The notes below the pieces were generated by a model, which was given only the letters and a program-made list of their open reading frames with translations, was not told the origin of the DNA and made no database searches. A DNA stretch of 64,000 bases from an uncultured bacterium. GTDB taxonomy: Bacteria > Patescibacteriota > Minisyncoccia > Phycocordibacterales > CAIZLB01. Location of the stretch: assembly GCA_903936565.1 (NCBI GenBank), contig CAIZVZ010000005.1, forward strand, positions 38,315-102,314, in the 5' to 3' direction. Shown piece by piece: positions 46,359 to 56,424 of the stretch (within the stretch, counting starts at the first letter, position 1; every line of letters starts with the position of its first letter). Position numbers and translations under genes: made by a program.

Positions 46359-47774
46359 TTACTTAATTTCCTTCAAGCTATCCTCACTGAAAGTTTTTAT
46401 ACTTGGGACAATTCCATCGATGACCGATCCTTTCCCTTTACTTTTTATTTCTCTAATAATTGGGTTCATTTTACCTACACAAGCTCTTATTTTAGCCTTT
46501 TGTACATCTGGAGTCACGTCCATTTTAAGCAACAAACCGAATGATTCAGAAAGAGTTACCAAAGCCCCCTTCATTTGATTTTTAGTTTTAGGTGATGGAG
46601 GTAGTGAAGAGTTCTTTTTTAATGATTCAAGAGCTTCTTCAACTTTTCTAGTTTCCTCTTCTCTTCTTTCATTCTCATTAACGTCTAAAACCTCTACCCC
46701 CTCCTCACCAGTCTCAGAAGCACCTCCTGCAGTTTCAGGTGTTGATGCCCCAGCCGCTGCTCCAGCCTCCGATGTTGGACTCCTTTGTGAGTTTTCTCTT
46801 AAAATATCTACCTTTCTTGTTGTATATTCAGCTTTAACATCTTCAAATTTTGAAATTCTTTTATCTGTTGCATCAATAGAAGATGAAAGTTTAGTTCTAG
46901 CACCCTCAAGATTACTAAGTTTTACCTTGCTTTCTTTTATCAATTTATTATACCCTTCCATAGCCCCTTTAATTACGGCCTTATCTTCACCACGGGCCAA
47001 CTCATAAGATCTTTTAAGGGCATTGTACTGATTACCGGCATCATTAATTACATTAGTTAGTTTATCTATTCCACCATCAACACTGCGAAGTCTTTCTCTG
47101 TTTTGTTCATAGTTAGTACTTTGTTTAATTCGCTCAGACCTTCCATCTGCACTTGCAATAAAACCATCAACTATTACAACCCTCCTGTTTTTATAACCCT
47201 CAAGAGCGGATGTTAAAGCTTTTTCTTCCGCTTTAAGATCTTCCATTTTAGTGGTTGCCATCTTAGCGGTTGCTTCAGCTTCCAATTTTTTAAAAACAGC
47301 GACCAATGCAGGGTTATTATTGAGTTCAGCCTCCTTAATATTTTGTTTTATTCCATCAAGTACAGCCTTGTTTGCTTGGGTTTGAGCCTCCGCTCTTGAT
47401 TGGTTTTTTTCAATTTTTGCCTTAACCCTTTCAATTTCTTGGACTTTTTTTGCTATCATCTGCTCATTAGCAGAATTTTCACCATTCATATTGGATTTTT
47501 CTTTAGTTGAAAGCGCCTTGAAACTTCGGTAGTCAGAAAACCAAGCTGTTTTACGTTTCAACACATCCCCAATGCTAGCAAAAAGACCTTTGGCTTCCTT
47601 GTGATCCACAAGAGATGCCGTTATAGCATCAGCCTCAAGGCTGGCTGCGGTAGTTCTGTTTAAAACAGACTCTTTTGGAGCAGCGGCTGCCGCTGTTCTT
47701 CTTGTTATTGCTGGTGGTGTTGGGGATGTTGGAGTTGTTTCTGCTGGCGGTGTTGTTGGTGCTGATTCTGTCAT
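46359..47774 (-). CDS. Coiled-coil protein with Pro/Thr/Ala-rich N-terminus, unknown function. Divergently transcribed from pilB.
   Basis: 471 aa. Long heptad-like K/E/A-rich segments and a low-complexity N-terminus. Confidence 0.45.
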   Translation of the reverse strand: MTESAPTTPPAETTPTSPTPPAITRRTAAAAAPKESVLNRTTAASLEADAITASLVDHKEAKGLFASIGDVLKRKTAWFSDYRSFKALSTKEKSNMNGENSANEQMIAKKVQEIERVKAKIEKNQSRAEAQTQANKAVLDGIKQNIKEAELNNNPALVAVFKKLEAEATAKMATTKMEDLKAEEKALTSALEGYKNRRVVIVDGFIASADGRSERIKQSTNYEQNRERLRSVDGGIDKLTNVINDAGNQYNALKRSYELARGEDKAVIKGAMEGYNKLIKESKVKLSNLEGARTKLSSSIDATDKRISKFEDVKAEYTTRKVDILRENSQRSPTSEAGAAAGASTPETAGGASETGEEGVEVLDVNENERREEETRKVEEALESLKKNSSLPPSPKTKNQMKGALVTLSESFGLLLKMDVTPDVQKAKIRACVGKMNPIIREIKSKGKGSVIDGIVPSIKTFSEDSLKEIK

Positions 47775-47912
47775 AATTTTTATTTATTATTTAACAATAT
47801 AATAATTGTATTCCTGTCAAGTTTTTTTGTCAAACTAAAAGCAGAACATCCTTTGCTAAATTTTATATATTTATTTATGGTAAATTATTAAAAAACAGTA
47901 TAAAATATCACT

Positions 47913-49628
47913 ATGACAATCCACTTTGATGAAGATAAACAAAATACTAGAATGAAGAAACTCCTTCTTGATGAGGAGGAAGCGGCAATGCAAATGTTGG
48001 CAGAGAAGTACAGTGTTACATACATAGATTTAACAACAGTTTCTATTAACTCAGATGGACTGAAGTTAATTGAAGAAAAAACAGCCAGAGAAAGCCTAGT
48101 GGCTATTTTTGATATTGTTGGAACCAAGATTTCTATTGCAGTCCACTCCCCTGAAAGCAATGACACAAAGGACGTATTAGATACTCTGGAAAGGAGTGGT
48201 TACAAGGCAACTGTTTTTATAGCCTCAATTCACAGCCTAGAGAAAGCCTGGGAGCGTTACAAGGATATAAACTTCGCCACAGAAACAGAAGCTGGATCAC
48301 TTGATATTTCAAACGAGGAAATCGAGTCGTTAGTCCAAAGAACCAAGAATCTTGAGGATATTTCTAAGTGGATAGCAGAAGCCTTGGAGATGAAAAAAAC
48401 CCACAGGGTGTCAAAAATGCTTTCTATTGTTATGGCCGGAGCGCTTTCCACCAAATCTTCCGACGTTCACATAGAAGCCGGGGAACTAAAAGCACGCCTT
48501 AGGTATAGAATAGACGGTGTTTTAACAACGGTTTCAGAATTTGACAAGGAAACTTATGAATTAACACTCTCTCGTATTAAGTTACTTTCTGGTTTAAAAC
48601 TAAATATCAAAGAAAATGCACAAGACGGCAGATTCACAGTTAAAATCAAGAACACTGATATTGAGATAAGAACCTCCACGATTCCTGGTTCTTACGGTGA
48701 GTCTGTGGTTATGCGTATTCTTAATCCTGAATCCATTATGGTTACTATGGATAAGTTAGGTATGTCAAAGCGTTTTCTTGAGGCGGTAAGAAAGGAAATT
48801 GCTAGACCAAATGGCCTTATTTTAACAACCGGACCAACCGGTTCTGGAAAAACTACAACTCTTTATGCATTTTTAAGGGAGGTGTCTAATCCTGAATATA
48901 AAATAATCACGATTGAAGACCCCGTTGAATACCACCTTCCTGGTATTGTTCAAACACAAGTTGAAGAATCTAAGGGTTACACTTTCGAAGCGGGACTGAA
49001 GTCTGCAATGAGACAAGACCCTGACATCATAATGGTTGGAGAAATTCGAGATGCCGAAACTGCAATTACAGCAATTAATGCGGCGCTGACGGGACACCTT
49101 GTATTCTCCACCCTTCACACAAACAATGCCGCTGGAACATTTACTAGATTAATAGATCTAGGTGCAGATCCAAAAACACTAACGTCTGCAATCCACGCCG
49201 CTATCGCCCAAAGACTAGTTAGAGTTATCTGTGACAAATGCAGAAAGAAAGTTCCGATACCAACAGAGCGGGTTGCTTTAGTTGATGATGTTTTAGAATC
49301 AATAAAGAACATGGAAGAGGGTAAGGAGTTTATAGAAAAGCCAACTGAAATTTATATACCCGTTGGATGTGAGGCTTGCAACAACACAGGTTATTTTGAC
49401 AGAATTGGAATTCACGAATTAATTTTAACTGACGCTTCGATTGAAAAAATAGTTAGAGAAAATCCAAGTGAAAGAGAGATTAAAGCTGTGGCTAAAAAAC
49501 AAGGCTTTATGGACATGAGACAGGATGGTGTAGTGAAAGTTTTACAAGGTATTACATCATTCGATGAATTGGAACGTGTTATTGATTTAGCCAAGGATGA
49601 TTTCATAGAAGAAACACCTCTTGTATAA
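47913..49628 (+). CDS. pilB: Type IV pilus assembly / type II secretion ATPase (PilB/GspE family)
   Basis: T2SSE_N-like N-terminus, Walker A GPTGSGKTTTLYA, Asp and His boxes, and a C-terminal tetracysteine (CDKC…CEAC). Confidence 0.85.
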   Translation: MTIHFDEDKQNTRMKKLLLDEEEAAMQMLAEKYSVTYIDLTTVSINSDGLKLIEEKTARESLVAIFDIVGTKISIAVHSPESNDTKDVLDTLERSGYKATVFIASIHSLEKAWERYKDINFATETEAGSLDISNEEIESLVQRTKNLEDISKWIAEALEMKKTHRVSKMLSIVMAGALSTKSSDVHIEAGELKARLRYRIDGVLTTVSEFDKETYELTLSRIKLLSGLKLNIKENAQDGRFTVKIKNTDIEIRTSTIPGSYGESVVMRILNPESIMVTMDKLGMSKRFLEAVRKEIARPNGLILTTGPTGSGKTTTLYAFLREVSNPEYKIITIEDPVEYHLPGIVQTQVEESKGYTFEAGLKSAMRQDPDIIMVGEIRDAETAITAINAALTGHLVFSTLHTNNAAGTFTRLIDLGADPKTLTSAIHAAIAQRLVRVICDKCRKKVPIPTERVALVDDVLESIKNMEEGKEFIEKPTEIYIPVGCEACNNTGYFDRIGIHELILTDASIEKIVRENPSEREIKAVAKKQGFMDMRQDGVVKVLQGITSFDELERVIDLAKDDFIEETPLV

Positions 49629-49772
49629 TTTCATTTATTTGACACTTCAAATAAATAATTATCCAAAACAAAACTGTGTAAATCTCCGTTGACTTAGAAT
49701 GACCTCACAGGTATTGTTATGTTATCAATTTAGCGTGCTGGGAAATAAGTTCAAAAATTGATAACAAAAAAA

Positions 49773-49936
49773 CAGCACTTTAAATCTCTAAGCGATGCTT
49801 TAAGTCCTAAGACCTAAAGCCCGATAGTTCTTTAAGGATAGTTCCAGGAACGTGGCGTAAAGCCCGCACCAGAACGTCCTTTAAGAAAAACCGATAGACC
49901 CGCAAAGGTTGTATCGCTTAGAGATTTAAGGAGCTG
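49773..49936. repeat. 164-bp element bounded by 17-bp perfect (21 of 24) terminal inverted repeats: MITE-like element or structured ncRNA
   Basis: cagcactTTAAATCTCTAAGCGAT … ATCGCTTAGAGATTTAAggagctg followed by tttt. The interior has internal repeats (ctttaag ×3, ccgatag ×2). Confidence 0.5.
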
Positions 49937-50125
49937 TTTTATTCCATAAGAATATCACACAAAGATAAATCCCTTTTTGTATCTTAACTACAAAAACCTA
50001 TTTTAACATGCCAAAACCATCTGGCAAGCATCTTTCAAGTTCATAAGTATCGTAGCATACTTATTTTTTAATGTCAAGCGGTCTTTCTATAGATTACGGG
50101 TTAAAATACATAAAAATAAACCCAA

Positions 50126-51187
50126 ATGACTCAAGATTTTAATACAAATTTCTCAAATAACCCTTTAAATACAACAATAACCGATGAGGTATTGGAAAAG
50201 ATTGGGGACAAGGTACTAGATCAAGAACTAAGGCCTGGTAATTTTGAGGAGTATATTGGACAAGAACAGATCAAAAACAACCTTAAAATACTACTTACCG
50301 CAGCAAAAGAGCGCAACCACCCACCAGAACACTTGTTGTTTTATGGTCCACCAGGACTGGGTAAGACCACACTCGCCCACCTTATCGCTAAAGAGACGGG
50401 TTCACAGATCAAAATCACATCAGGGCCTGTTATAGAGCGCGTAGGAGATCTTGCTTCAGTTTTAACAAACCTATCACCAGGGGACATTCTGTTTATTGAT
50501 GAAATTCACCGTTTAAACAAAACTGTTGAAGAGGTACTTTATCCCGCTATGGAATCGGGTCAAATTGATATTATAATTGGAAAAGGCCCATCAGCTCGAA
50601 CTATTCAATTAGACCTACCTCCGTTCACCTTGATTTCCGCAACCACAAGGGTTGCCATGGTCTCCTCCCCTCTCCGCTCAAGATTTTCTGGAGGTGTATT
50701 TCGTCTGGAGTTCTATACAGAATCTGAAATATCAAAAATAGTTTCTAGATCTGCCAACATTCTTAATTTAAATATCGACAATGGCGCAATAGATGAAATT
50801 GCAAAAAGAAGTCGTTCTACCCCACGTACCGCAAACTATCTATTAAAGAGATGTAGAGATTATTCACAGGTTCTAAAAAAACAATTAACAAAAGAGGTGG
50901 TCGAGGAAGCTCTGTCGCTTCTTTCAATCGACAGACGAGGACTAACAGCAATGGATCGTTCTATACTTTCAACAATAATAGAAAAATACGACGGTGGACC
51001 CGTTGGTCTTGGAACAATCTCAGCTTCACTTTCTGAAGACGAAGCCACTATTGAAGAGTTCAGTGAACCGTATTTGATTCAACTGGGTTTTATTGAAAGA
51101 ACCCCTCGAGGACGTGTTGTTACAGCTCAGGGTTATGCTCACTTAGGAATAGATTATCCAGCTGAAAGACAAATTAAATTTGCTTAA
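50126..51187 (+). CDS. ruvB: Holliday junction DNA helicase RuvB
   Basis: LRPGNFEEYIGQEQIKNNLKILL…LLFYGPPGLGKTTLAHLIA… is the RuvB AAA+ domain with a winged-helix C-terminus. Confidence 0.9.
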   Translation: MTQDFNTNFSNNPLNTTITDEVLEKIGDKVLDQELRPGNFEEYIGQEQIKNNLKILLTAAKERNHPPEHLLFYGPPGLGKTTLAHLIAKETGSQIKITSGPVIERVGDLASVLTNLSPGDILFIDEIHRLNKTVEEVLYPAMESGQIDIIIGKGPSARTIQLDLPPFTLISATTRVAMVSSPLRSRFSGGVFRLEFYTESEISKIVSRSANILNLNIDNGAIDEIAKRSRSTPRTANYLLKRCRDYSQVLKKQLTKEVVEEALSLLSIDRRGLTAMDRSILSTIIEKYDGGPVGLGTISASLSEDEATIEEFSEPYLIQLGFIERTPRGRVVTAQGYAHLGIDYPAERQIKFA

Positions 51188-51195
51188 TTATTTTA

Positions 51196-51669
51196 ATGAA
51201 AATATTATCAATAGATCCAGGGTACGAGAGGTTAGGTATAGCAATAATTGAGAAAGAGCAGGGTAAAAAAGACTTTCTTTTATATTCTGAATGTTTCAAG
51301 ACCAATGCAAAAATTCCTTTTGAAGACAGGTTATTAGAAATTGGGAATAAGGTGGAAGAACTAATATGTAACTATTCACCTTTTATATTAGCAATAGAAA
51401 CATTATTCTTCAGTAAAAACACGAAGACAGCGATGAGGGTTGCTGAGACTAGAGGCACAATTATTTACATTGCTAAAAAAAATAAATTAAATATAAAAGA
51501 AATTAATCCAATGGAGATTAAATTAGCGGTAACCGGTGATGGAAAAAGTGACAAGCAACAAATGACAAAAATGGTTCAGTTGATTTTAAAAATGGATAAA
51601 AAAGCAACCGATGACGAATATGATGCAATTGCTTGCGGTCTAGCGTGTTGCGCTCTAATTAGATATTAA
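51196..51669 (+). CDS. ruvC: Crossover junction endodeoxyribonuclease RuvC
   Basis: MKILSIDPGYERLGIAIIE… with the RuvC catalytic D/E pattern. 157 aa. Confidence 0.85.
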   Translation: MKILSIDPGYERLGIAIIEKEQGKKDFLLYSECFKTNAKIPFEDRLLEIGNKVEELICNYSPFILAIETLFFSKNTKTAMRVAETRGTIIYIAKKNKLNIKEINPMEIKLAVTGDGKSDKQQMTKMVQLILKMDKKATDDEYDAIACGLACCALIRY

Positions 51670-51801
51670 TTAAAGTTTTCTTAGAATTTTTACACTTTAA
51701 AGAAAGCCTCCATACAATATCCACAGTTTTACTTGCATATTTCTGTTTATGTGATAAATATATCAAATAAGTTTTAATAAAATAATCAAACAAAAACAAA
51801 C

Positions 51802-52101
51802 ATGACTGACGACCTATTGAATGATTCACTTACGGATGACACTTCTGAGGACGAAGTTCCAACTGAAGATACAGACCTAGATGAGATCGATGCCGATCTT
51901 GAGGAGAGTGATGTTGATCCATTATTAAGTACTCCGCTTGACGAAGATGCAGATGAGCTACCTGAAGATGCTGAAGTCGCACCAGACGATGAAGACCCCT
52001 TTGGTTTTGGAACACTTAAGATGGATGAAAATGGAGAGGTTGTAGAAGATGATGTGGATGAAGATGATGTAGAGGAGGAAGTTGATGAAAACTTATTTTA
52101 A
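51802..52101 (+). CDS. Small extremely acidic protein (about 45% D/E), unknown function
   Basis: 99 aa: MTDDLLNDSLTDDTSEDEVPTEDTDLDEIDADLEESD…. Confidence 0.4.
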   Translation: MTDDLLNDSLTDDTSEDEVPTEDTDLDEIDADLEESDVDPLLSTPLDEDADELPEDAEVAPDDEDPFGFGTLKMDENGEVVEDDVDEDDVEEEVDENLF

Positions 52102-52201
52102 TTAAAAAAACAACCTTAAACTTGGTTTTTAAAACTCAATCAACACACTGTAAAAAGTGTGTTTTTTGTTGTACAATAGGCAACATCATTATAATAATAA
52201 A

Positions 52202-54637
52202 ATGTTTAAAAAATACAACACAAAACGCTTCAGATTCATCCTAAAAAACACTATTTTAATTGCAATAATTGCTATTGTAGTTTTGACAGGAATATTCTTA
52301 ATCTGGGCATCTACAATCAAGACCCCCGATCTTTCTTCGTTCGACGATAGATTACTTGGTCAATCTGCAAAAATTTATGACAGGACAGGTAATGTTCTAC
52401 TTTATGACTTGAGCGAAAAAGTAAGAAGAACAGTTACACCTTTTGACCAAATATCTCCTTATGTAAAGAAGACAACTATAGCCATTGAGGATGTTGATTA
52501 TTATAATCACGGGGGAATTAAAATAACTTCAATAATTAGAGCTATTTTTGCAAACATTTTTAGCTTAAAATTCAGCCAAGGTGGATCAACCATTACCCAG
52601 CAGGTTGTTAAAAACTCCCTACTCTCTCAAAATAAAACTGTAACTAGAAAAATTAAGGAGTGGATTTTAGCTATTAAATTAGAACGAACCGCGTCAAAAG
52701 ATACTATTCTAAACATGTATTTAAATGAGGCTCCATACGGTGGAAATATATATGGAATAGAAGAAGCCAGTTCTTTATTTTTTAATAAGAAATCAAAAGA
52801 TCTAACTTTAGCTGAATCTGCATACCTAGCCGCTCTTCCTCAATCCCCCACAGTGTTGTCTCCTTACGGAAAAAACAAAGCTAAATTGGAGGCCAGAAAA
52901 AATCTAGTTCTTCAAAAGGCCTTGGATGCTAAAATGATAACAAAAGAGGAATATGATAAAGCTATGGCTGAAAAAGTAGTATTTCAACCAAAATCAATGG
53001 CTGGAATAAAAGCACCACACTTTGTAATGTATGTTAAAGACTATTTAGTTGATAAGTACGGGGAAGAACTATTAGCAAAAGGTGGTCTAAAAATTACAAC
53101 CACGCTAGATTACGAATTACAGCAAAAATCCGAAGAATTAATTTATAATTATGTAACAAAAAGTGGTCCCTCATTTAAAGCAACTAACGCAGCTTCTGTT
53201 GCGATAGACCCTAAAACAGGACAAATATTAATGATGGTTGGATCAAAAGATTATTTTGATAAAGAAAACAACGGTAACTTTAATGTTACAACAGCCCACA
53301 GACAACCAGGTTCATCTTTTAAGCCCTTTGCTTATGTAACCGCCTTTATGAAGGGGTATATTCCAAGCTCACCACTTTTCGACGTTCAAACCGAGTTTAA
53401 TGTAAAATGTGAACCACTAATTAACGAAAAAGACAAAGAAAAGCCGGGTTGTTATACACCACAGAACTACGAAGGTGGTTTTAAGGGATTGATGACATTC
53501 AGATCAGCACTCGCTCAATCAAGAAACATTCCATCTGTTAAAGCTCTTTATTTAGCTGGGGTAGACGACACAATCAAAACAGCAACAAAGATGGGTATTA
53601 ATGATTTAGGCCCAGCTTCACAATATGGATTAACATTAGTCCTTGGAGGGGGTGAAGTCTCACCCCTTGATATGACATCTGCTTATGGGGTTTTTGCCAA
53701 TAACGGTAAAAAAACACCGATAATTTCGGTTCTTAAAATTGAAACAGATAAAGGTGAGGTACTAGAAAAAACACCGGAGCAAGTTAAAGAAGAGCAAGTT
53801 ATAACAGAGCAATCTGCAAAACTGATAAACGATATTCTATCCGATAAACAAGCTCGATCTTCAATTTTTGCACCGAGTATGTTCGGAGACAGGGCTGTTG
53901 CAATAAAAACAGGTACAACAAACAACTCCAGAGATGCCTGGGAAATTGGATATACACCGAGTATTTCAATTGGTACCTGGATGGGAAATAATGACAACAC
54001 ACCCATGGCACAGCAAGCATCGGCCAGAATCGTTGGTCCTCTATGGAAAAGTATCATGGATTTTCAACTAGCGAGAATTCCAGTTGAAAGCTTTGACACC
54101 CCAGAACCAACAGAAAAAGGTCTTAAACCATTCTTAACTGGCGCATGGATGGGCCCAGGTAATGAAGTTCACTCGGAATTATACTGGGTAGATAGAAGAG
54201 ACCCAAAAGGGTCGGTACCTGGAATTAATTCAAACGATGAACAGTTTAGAAACTGGGAATATGGAGTGTTGAACTGGTCAAGAGGAGCTCAAGCTTCAAC
54301 ATTGATTCAGAACACTCCGATTACAACACTATCAAACCCAGGTTCAACAAATCAAATAGTTAATAATATATTCAAAATTACACAACCTACAAACTTTGCA
54401 ACAATTGATAAACAATCAAGACAATCAATTATTGTATCTGGTTTTAAAAACAACACTGTATCAGTCGAATATTATATAAACGGTATCTCAATAGGTAAAT
54501 CAACAGAACCCCCATTCGTTTATTCTTACACACCAAAAGACACACCCTCCAGTGATTTTGAAGATGAATTAAAGGCAATAGAGAGAGATTCGGACGGTAA
54601 TCAAAGAGAAACAACCGCCGTTTATTCAATTAAATAA
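52202..54637 (+). CDS. mrcA: Class A penicillin-binding protein (PBP1A-type transglycosylase/transpeptidase)
   Basis: GT51 motifs (…IAIEDVDYYNHGGI…GGSTITQQVVKN…), a transpeptidase domain (SxxK region, KTGTTNN) and an N-terminal TM. Confidence 0.85.
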   Translation: MFKKYNTKRFRFILKNTILIAIIAIVVLTGIFLIWASTIKTPDLSSFDDRLLGQSAKIYDRTGNVLLYDLSEKVRRTVTPFDQISPYVKKTTIAIEDVDYYNHGGIKITSIIRAIFANIFSLKFSQGGSTITQQVVKNSLLSQNKTVTRKIKEWILAIKLERTASKDTILNMYLNEAPYGGNIYGIEEASSLFFNKKSKDLTLAESAYLAALPQSPTVLSPYGKNKAKLEARKNLVLQKALDAKMITKEEYDKAMAEKVVFQPKSMAGIKAPHFVMYVKDYLVDKYGEELLAKGGLKITTTLDYELQQKSEELIYNYVTKSGPSFKATNAASVAIDPKTGQILMMVGSKDYFDKENNGNFNVTTAHRQPGSSFKPFAYVTAFMKGYIPSSPLFDVQTEFNVKCEPLINEKDKEKPGCYTPQNYEGGFKGLMTFRSALAQSRNIPSVKALYLAGVDDTIKTATKMGINDLGPASQYGLTLVLGGGEVSPLDMTSAYGVFANNGKKTPIISVLKIETDKGEVLEKTPEQVKEEQVITEQSAKLINDILSDKQARSSIFAPSMFGDRAVAIKTGTTNNSRDAWEIGYTPSISIGTWMGNNDNTPMAQQASARIVGPLWKSIMDFQLARIPVESFDTPEPTEKGLKPFLTGAWMGPGNEVHSELYWVDRRDPKGSVPGINSNDEQFRNWEYGVLNWSRGAQASTLIQNTPITTLSNPGSTNQIVNNIFKITQPTNFATIDKQSRQSIIVSGFKNNTVSVEYYINGISIGKSTEPPFVYSYTPKDTPSSDFEDELKAIERDSDGNQRETTAVYSIK

Positions 54638-54647
54638 ATTACACAAA

Positions 54648-54690
54648 AAAAACACTCTCTCCCATATCCAGGAGAGAGTGTTTTTTTATT
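54648..54690. terminator. Bidirectional intrinsic terminator
   Basis: aaaaaaaACACTCTCTCC-catatcca-GGAGAGAGTGTttttttt. Confidence 0.6.
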
Positions 54691-54946
54691 AAAAGCTAAT
54701 TGTATCAACCATTCTATCGGGTACAGATGTTTTAATTACTTCCAACAACTTATCCTTTCTAATAAAAAGAAAACTCTTTTGAACCGAATTAACCTTTAAA
54801 ATTAGAGTGTTTTTTCTAAAAAAAACCTGACTACTTTCAATTTCTAAACCAAAAGTGTTTTTAACAACATCAGCAACAACCCTCTTATCATCAAGGGGAT
54901 TCCTAATCTTCGTATAAGCACCTAATAAATCACCTATATTTATCAT
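54689..54946 (-). CDS. DUF721/DciA-like small protein downstream of dnaN
   Basis: 85 aa. Pattern …VVADVVKNTFGLEIESSQVFFRKNTLILKVNSVQ…VDTISF resembles the DUF721 (DciA) consensus. Position next to dnaN is typical. Confidence 0.45.
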   Translation of the reverse strand: MINIGDLLGAYTKIRNPLDDKRVVADVVKNTFGLEIESSQVFFRKNTLILKVNSVQKSFLFIRKDKLLEVIKTSVPDRMVDTISF

Positions 54947-54951
54947 TTATA

Positions 54952-56052
54952 TTATTTATTCATCGGCATCAATAGATACAGAAAACTTTGTTCCCCAAAA
55001 GCCTTCATAATCATCGGTTTATTAACCCCACTAAAAGATAGTGTTAAGCTGTCGGAACCTATAGAAACCAAGGCGTCCATTATATATTTGTAATTAAAGT
55101 TAATATTCAACGCCTCCCCCGTTATATTCCCTGGTATTGTAACGGTATTTTCACCAACGTTATTGTTTTTTGTAACAACCTCAATATTTTTCTCCTCTGG
55201 GTGAATTATAAACTTAGTGTGATTAAATGAATCTGTAAAAATTGAACTTGTTTTAAAACAATTCACCAAATCCTGCTTTAGGATTGTAATTTCAGAAACA
55301 AACTCCTTTGGAATAATAGCTTTGTAATTAGGAAAATTACCTTCGACAATCCTGGAAACCAAATATATATCATTATAACTTATTGCTATTTGATTTTGTT
55401 CAATGGTAATTTTTAAATCATCATTAATACCTTCAAAAAATCTAATTATCTCGACTGCATTCTTAACCGGTATCAGAACCTGAGAAAAATCAATCATCTT
55501 TTTAAGTTTTAATGTTTTTTCCGCTAGACGTAATCCATCCGTTGCAACAAACACAATAGAATCGTCCTCAGGAGTCACACAAACGCTGGAGAGCTCAGGT
55601 TTAATACTCGAAGTAGCAGAACTATACCAAACAGACTTAATACCTCCCACAAGGCTTTCTGCGGGTATTTCAATATATTTAGACATATCAACCTTAGGTA
55701 TTATCGGATAATCATCATTTGGAAATATTTTAATGATTGTATTTGTCTTTGGAGTTGATACAAGTAGATTTCCATCCTGTAAATCTAAGGTAACTGTTTT
55801 TTCGAGTTGTATACTATTCAAGAATGAGTTCAACACAGAACCTGGTATTGCAACAGATCCTTCAACCTCAACTTTTGCAGGTATTTTAATTTCAATACCA
55901 ACATCTAGATTTGTTGAGTTAATGAATAAACTATTTTCAGTTGCTTTTAAAAGAATACAACTAAGAACTGGTAATGTATTGTTCTTACTTGTAATCTTTT
56001 CAGCTTTTGAAACAGCTTCAGCTAACCTCTCTCTTATGCATTCTATTTTCAT
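54952..56052 (-). CDS. dnaN: DNA polymerase III beta subunit (sliding clamp)
   Basis: MKIECIRERLAEAVSKAEKITSKNNTLPVLSCILLKATENSLFINSTNLDVGIE… with three-domain clamp length (366 aa). Confidence 0.9.
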   Translation of the reverse strand: MKIECIRERLAEAVSKAEKITSKNNTLPVLSCILLKATENSLFINSTNLDVGIEIKIPAKVEVEGSVAIPGSVLNSFLNSIQLEKTVTLDLQDGNLLVSTPKTNTIIKIFPNDDYPIIPKVDMSKYIEIPAESLVGGIKSVWYSSATSSIKPELSSVCVTPEDDSIVFVATDGLRLAEKTLKLKKMIDFSQVLIPVKNAVEIIRFFEGINDDLKITIEQNQIAISYNDIYLVSRIVEGNFPNYKAIIPKEFVSEITILKQDLVNCFKTSSIFTDSFNHTKFIIHPEEKNIEVVTKNNNVGENTVTIPGNITGEALNINFNYKYIMDALVSIGSDSLTLSFSGVNKPMIMKAFGEQSFLYLLMPMNK

Positions 56053-56424
56053 GGTGTATTAATTATATATCTTTATTAATAAAAAAGCTTATCACTACTA
56101 TAGCTGTGGATATGTGGACTTTTTGATATACCCTTTAATTTAACTCTTTTTTGATAAAAGACAAACTAAGAGACAGTGTTTCTGATGGTGGCTTAAATAA
56201 TGTCTTTTAGAGGTATGTTGATAAGTACACATAGAACTAACATCGTATACAGAGTACTATACAGCTTTTATACAGGATAAACATATAATACCAACATGTT
56301 ATGCACATACTTATACACATTTTCAGCTACAAATATATGTTGTTTAATAAGAAAAACAGCGGTTTTGGACGCTGTTTCCGTATATTAACCCAGGTTTAGG
56401 GGTATAGGTATGGAACTCTTTTAA
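56053..56424. promoter_or_regulatory. Candidate oriC / dnaA-dnaN intergenic region with DnaA-box-like 9-mers and AT-rich tract
   Basis: TGTGGATAT (56105-56113), TGTGGACTT (56113-56121), TTATACACA-like boxes and an AT-rich stretch at 56250-56400. Classical rpmH-dnaA-dnaN neighbourhood. Confidence 0.45.

Noticed and set aside
47775-47912. Direct repeats TGTCAA in the divergent promoter between the coiled-coil gene and pilB
   Set aside because: Only two short copies. Insufficient to call an operator without comparative data.
49633-49656. 10-bp all-A/T hairpin (ATTTATTTGA/TCAAATAAAT) right after the pilB stop
   Set aside because: It could be a weak terminator. However, the stem is AT-only with no clear downstream T-run, and such palindromes arise easily in AT-rich DNA.
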